Below are positions 60,494-64,000 of a stretch of DNA of 64,000 nt, one piece after another. Every line of letters begins with the position of its first letter. The stretch's first letter is position 1. This DNA comes from an uncultured Acidobacteriota bacterium. Lineage in GTDB: Bacteria; Acidobacteriota; Vicinamibacteria; Vicinamibacterales; 2-12-FULL-66-21. The position numbers were made by a program, and so were the translations under genes. A model generated the notes under the pieces. It worked only from the letters and a program-made list of their open reading frames with translations, had not been told where the DNA came from and made no database searches. The stretch is taken from positions 269,749 to 333,748 of the forward strand of contig CAVXMQ010000025.1 in NCBI GenBank assembly GCA_963762995.1, written 5' to 3'.

Positions 60494-61393
60494 ATGGACG
60501 GCGACATCCGCTACGCCAACGATCTGGCCACCTTCGGCGCGCTGCGCGCCATCATCCCCAAGTTCGCAGCGAAGAAGGCGTTCCTTCGCGCCACCGAACC
60601 GATTACTCCCGCCATCCAGAAAGAGATGAGCGCAACGGCGCCGCCGATTGGCTCCAACCGCGACAACGCCGTCTGCGCCCTCGTCAACAAGGCCTGCAAT
60701 ACGCACGCGGCCATCCGGTTGCTCACGGACGCCGGACACGGCGACGACGCAATGGCCCTCGGCCGCGTCATACTCGAGAACTCCATCATCTTGAAGTGGC
60801 TGCTTATTGATCCGATCTACCGCCTTGATTTGTTCTGCATCAGCGATGCCCTGTTCCGTCGCCGCTGGTGCGAACTGGTCATCGATCATTTTCCGGAGAA
60901 CTCGGAAGTCGTCGCACAGGCCAAGGCAAGCCTCGACGCCGAAGTGAAGGCAGTCGCCGGGTTCTTCGGCAACACCATTCACAAATGGGCGCAAGTCCTA
61001 CACCCCGGCGGCAAGCACGATTACGTGAACTTCGAGGCGATGATGCAGGAAGTGGCGGAGCATGGCGGCCTGAGCGGAACAGCCGCGACCTTCCGGCGCG
61101 ACGTGATCTACTTCCTGCACAGCAGCCTTGTGCACTCGACCGCGAGCTCGATGAGGTCCTTCCGGCATCTGAAGGCCGAGACCTATTTCACCTGCGGCCT
61201 CGGGCCAAACGCGTTTCACCGCGTCGAGGCGCTGGGCGGCGCCAATATCTGCATGATTGAAATATTGCAGCTCGCAGCCGGCTACCTCGGTTTCACCGAC
61301 CTGGATGCCGAACTCGATACGATCTTCGACGGGATGAAGGCGTCCTTTGAACAGGCGCCCGATGCGTCGGACGGCGCTGCACCGGCCTCGTGA
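60494..61393 (+). CDS. Hypothetical protein, DUF5677-like
   Basis: This is an intact 299-aa ORF. ...HAAIRLLTDAGHGDDAMALGRVILENSIILKWLL... resembles the DUF5677 helical core. The assignment is tentative. Confidence 0.4.
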   Translation: MDGDIRYANDLATFGALRAIIPKFAAKKAFLRATEPITPAIQKEMSATAPPIGSNRDNAVCALVNKACNTHAAIRLLTDAGHGDDAMALGRVILENSIILKWLLIDPIYRLDLFCISDALFRRRWCELVIDHFPENSEVVAQAKASLDAEVKAVAGFFGNTIHKWAQVLHPGGKHDYVNFEAMMQEVAEHGGLSGTAATFRRDVIYFLHSSLVHSTASSMRSFRHLKAETYFTCGLGPNAFHRVEALGGANICMIEILQLAAGYLGFTDLDAELDTIFDGMKASFEQAPDASDGAAPAS

Positions 61394-61767
61394 GGCGCAT
61401 TGACCCGCTGACCGCTGCGCTAGGCTGGGCTAGTCTCGTTGTTGGTCTCCAGAACCGCATGTACGATGCGCTTGCCGGTGAGGAGCCATACAACTACTTC
61501 TTGCGAAAAAGAATAACTCCGTCTGGAACTGCGACTGCCTGAAACACCCGAAATCACAAGAACTTGAGGAGACCTGGTTGGATCTGATGGATAACGACAG
61601 AAGGCGGGAAGTTCAGAGTCCGCCTGGAACGACCTTACTTGAAAAGTCACCGCGACCCTTCACTCGGCTGATGAAGCAGGCCTCTGACGCCACAGCTAAC
61701 GATACCGTTGTCCAACGGCCCTCTTACTACGGTGTGCTCTGCGAACTGATGAGACTCCTGAGCAACA

Positions 61768-62316
61768 GTGACGAACGAACCTGACACCAGCCCGCGGCCA
61801 AGGCCGATCCGAAGTTCCTACTGGCTGGTCGACGGCCAGCTCCTCGCCGGCGGATATCCCTGTTCCTTCAACCCCGAAGAAACCCGGCGGAGACTCGAAG
61901 ACATCCTCAACGCCGGCATCCGCAGCTTCATCGACCTCACGTTCGCCAACGAAGGGCTCGAACGGTACGAACCCCTGTTGAAACAGCTCGCCGAGGAGAA
62001 ACAGATCGACGTCGCCTATCACCGCTTCTCGATCAGGGATCATGATGTTCCCGCGACGACGCTGATGCAGGACGTGCTGAGAACGATCCGCGAAGAGATC
62101 GCCGCGGGGCGGCCGGTCTATTTCCACTGCTGGGGAGGGATCGGTCGCACGGGAACGGTCGCCGGTTGCTGGCTGGTCGAGGACGGTTACTCGTGCGACG
62201 ACGCGCTGAGCAGGATCCTAGAACTGCGACACGGGACGTCCGACTTCTACGCGAGGTCGCCAGAGACGGACGAGCAAGAAGCGTTCATCAGGAACTGGGT
62301 ACCGCCCCAGCAATAA
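61768..62316 (+). CDS. Cys-X5-Arg dual-specificity / tyrosine phosphatase-like protein
   Basis: The active-site loop is VYFHCWGGIGRTGTV. GTG start. Confidence 0.75.
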   Translation: MTNEPDTSPRPRPIRSSYWLVDGQLLAGGYPCSFNPEETRRRLEDILNAGIRSFIDLTFANEGLERYEPLLKQLAEEKQIDVAYHRFSIRDHDVPATTLMQDVLRTIREEIAAGRPVYFHCWGGIGRTGTVAGCWLVEDGYSCDDALSRILELRHGTSDFYARSPETDEQEAFIRNWVPPQQ

Positions 62317-62549
62317 TCGCCGCACCTCCGTCGGTGCCGCGTACACGGCAGCCGATAAGCGCGCACGCTTCGTTCACTGCACGGCGAGCTGTCGGTCGCT
62401 CCGTGCCATCTTCGGCTCGCCCCCGGCTCCCCTCAATTCAGCATCTCCGACTGTTCGCTTCCTCGAAAACGCGTCGGCTTGACACGGCCATCCACCAGCC
62501 GCATACTAGGGGCATGCGACGGCTAACCCCTTTGTTTGCAATACTTTAC

Positions 62550-62578
62550 TCTATAGATTGAGTTGCATCTATAGATTG
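62550..62578. promoter_or_regulatory. Two copies of TCTATAGATTG (each containing the perfect palindrome TCTATAGA) spaced 18 bp apart
   Basis: Read directly at 62550-62560 and 62568-62578, in an AT-rich leader upstream of ORF 62649-62927. Confidence 0.35.
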
Positions 62579-62648
62579 GACTCCCTTTGTAAAGCAAAGA
62601 AAAGATTCGACGGATTTATGTATTCCCAACCGTTTGTAAGGAGCTCAA

Positions 62649-62927
62649 GTGACAGAAGGCAGGCTATCGATCGGAGGTTTACGAATGAGACTTGCGGATG
62701 CGGGACTACGCCCCATCGCTTTCCAGTTGAGGATGCGATACCTGTGCCGGGGGAAATATCGCCACTCATCCCAGGGGATAGCTGCGGCCGCAGCGAGGTC
62801 CCTGGTCAGACGTGGAATGGACCGTTCCGAAGAGGGATTCCTCACGGCATACCAGTGCCCAAGATGCTATGCGTGGCACGTTGGTCATAAGCGATTCGAG
62901 GAGAGAAGCCATGAACGTGCAGCTTAA
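62649..62927 (+). CDS. Small basic protein with C-terminal CxxC...WH zinc-ribbon-like motif (alternative ATG start at 62685)
   Basis: AAGGAG lies 5 nt before the GTG at 62649, and GGAGG lies 7 nt before the ATG at 62685. The motif is ...YQCPRCYAWHVGHK.... Confidence 0.4.
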   Translation: MTEGRLSIGGLRMRLADAGLRPIAFQLRMRYLCRGKYRHSSQGIAAAAARSLVRRGMDRSEEGFLTAYQCPRCYAWHVGHKRFEERSHERAA

Positions 62928-63575
62928 TGTCGAGGATCTTGACGCGATGCCGGATGCCTTCGCAAATCGGGTACTGGCCTTCTACTTTGTAAGGAGTCGC
63001 CGAAGACTTGGTTCGAAAGCTGGAGACGGACACTCAGACGCCGGCGTTTGAGGATCTGATAGCCGTCGGTGAATTAGAGGAAGGACAGAGCATTCGCACC
63101 ACCGCTCAGGCGTACCGGACGCAGTCGTTCGCGGCAAGTCGGTGATATTCAGAGGTTGGGCGTTCGATACTCCCGAGTGCCTCGCCCGCGAGATGGGAGA
63201 TTCCGGAGGGGCAGGCCATCGAAGCGGATCGCCCCCTTGACCGCGTGAATTCCGACGGAACGCAGACACCTCTTCGAGACTTGGCGACGGGTCCCGCTGT
63301 GGAGCACTCGCGGCGGCGTATAGCAATGATCCGAACTAGACGGTTGCTGAAGGCGGTGGGAATGCCGCTCCGGCACTGCCCTCGTTGCGGTACCGGAGAG
63401 CGTGAGATGAGGCGACTGGACACTGCACATGAAAGCCTCTCCCGGGCGAGATTGCTGTGTGGCCACGTCGTCACGGTGCATGACAAGCGAGACGCTGCAT
63501 GACCAAGCGTTGGACGTTCCGCCAAGTCAAGACTTCGTCTACAACTGTCTGAAGACCCGGCCTACGTACACCTCC

Positions 63576-64000
63576 CTAGCCGCAGGCGCAGCGCTCTTCG
63601 ATGTTCAGCTGATACGGATAGCCGGCGATCTGATGCGTCGCGGCCTTGGCGCCACGGACGTTGACGCCCGTGGGAAACACGCGGACGCCGTTGTCCGCAT
63701 TGCCGGTGAAATCGACGACGCGTCCCTTCTTCATGAGGAGCAGCAATCCCCATTCGTCACCCAGCGCAGTGAACTGCTCGTCTCCCCCCTTGTACGGCGT
63801 CGCGGCCGCCGCACGCGTGACCTTCTCCGCCACCGCGCCACGTCGTCGACCACCAGCGCGATCTCGCTCACACACAGGATGTCGGAGAAACCGAAGGCGC
63901 CGGTGTCGCCATTCTTCAGATCGTGCCGCGCGATGTATTCGACGACGTTGCCGGCGGGATCGAGGAAGAAGACCGAATGCGCGTTCCAGTGCGCGTAGTC
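63576..64000 (-). CDS. VOC (glyoxalase/dioxygenase)-like protein, N-terminus outside window, one frame change near 63845
   Basis: The reverse translation is DYAHWNAHSVFFLDPAGNVVEYIARHD... followed by ...GDEWGLLLLMKKGRVV.... Confidence 0.45.
   Translation of the reverse strand, partial: LRALERAFGLLPRSRRQRRRIHRAARSEEWRHRRLRFLRHPVCERDRAGGRRRGAVAEKVTRAAAATPYKGGDEQFTALGDEWGLLLLMKKGRVVDFTGNADNGVRVFPTGVNVRGAKAATHQIAGYPYQLNIEERCACG

Overview
This is a clearly high-GC bacterial chromosomal segment. The gene content suggests an Acidobacteriota-like soil bacterium, which is an inference: there are several Hanks-type Ser/Thr kinases fused to TolB-like/TPR/FGE modules, a PEP-CTERM lectin, a CarboxypepD_reg-type TonB receptor, a PSCyt1 protein and heptamer micro-repeats. 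Positions 0-38 kb hold signalling and envelope genes, a VapBC pair, a RAYT (IS200-like Y1 transposase) cassette, REP-like GTAG hairpins, MITE-like palindromes and an EACC1 + caspase conflict module. Positions 38-62 kb form a dense defence island. It contains a WYL regulator, a DUF6569/ARPP-1-like gene next to a SauUSI-like PLD-helicase-DUF3427 restriction enzyme, and a small-protein + vWA lipoprotein pair. It also has a type I R-M locus with two tandem hsdM genes and an HNH gene. Next comes a tight four-gene Ubl / E2-like / JAB / E1 operon (Bil or 6E-like). It is transcribed divergently from an XRE-GNAT-ImmA/IrrE-beta (sce7725-like) operon, which is followed by a convergent sce7726-like gene, a DUF5677 gene and a CX5R phosphatase. 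I recognised no rRNA, tRNA or CRISPR array. More than twenty recognisable genes are interrupted by frame changes. I call a gene CDS when it has at most one obvious frame change and pseudogene when it has two or more. Many of these may be homopolymer assembly errors, so a pseudogene label here is not proof of decay. All family assignments come from motif recognition by eye, not from database searches.
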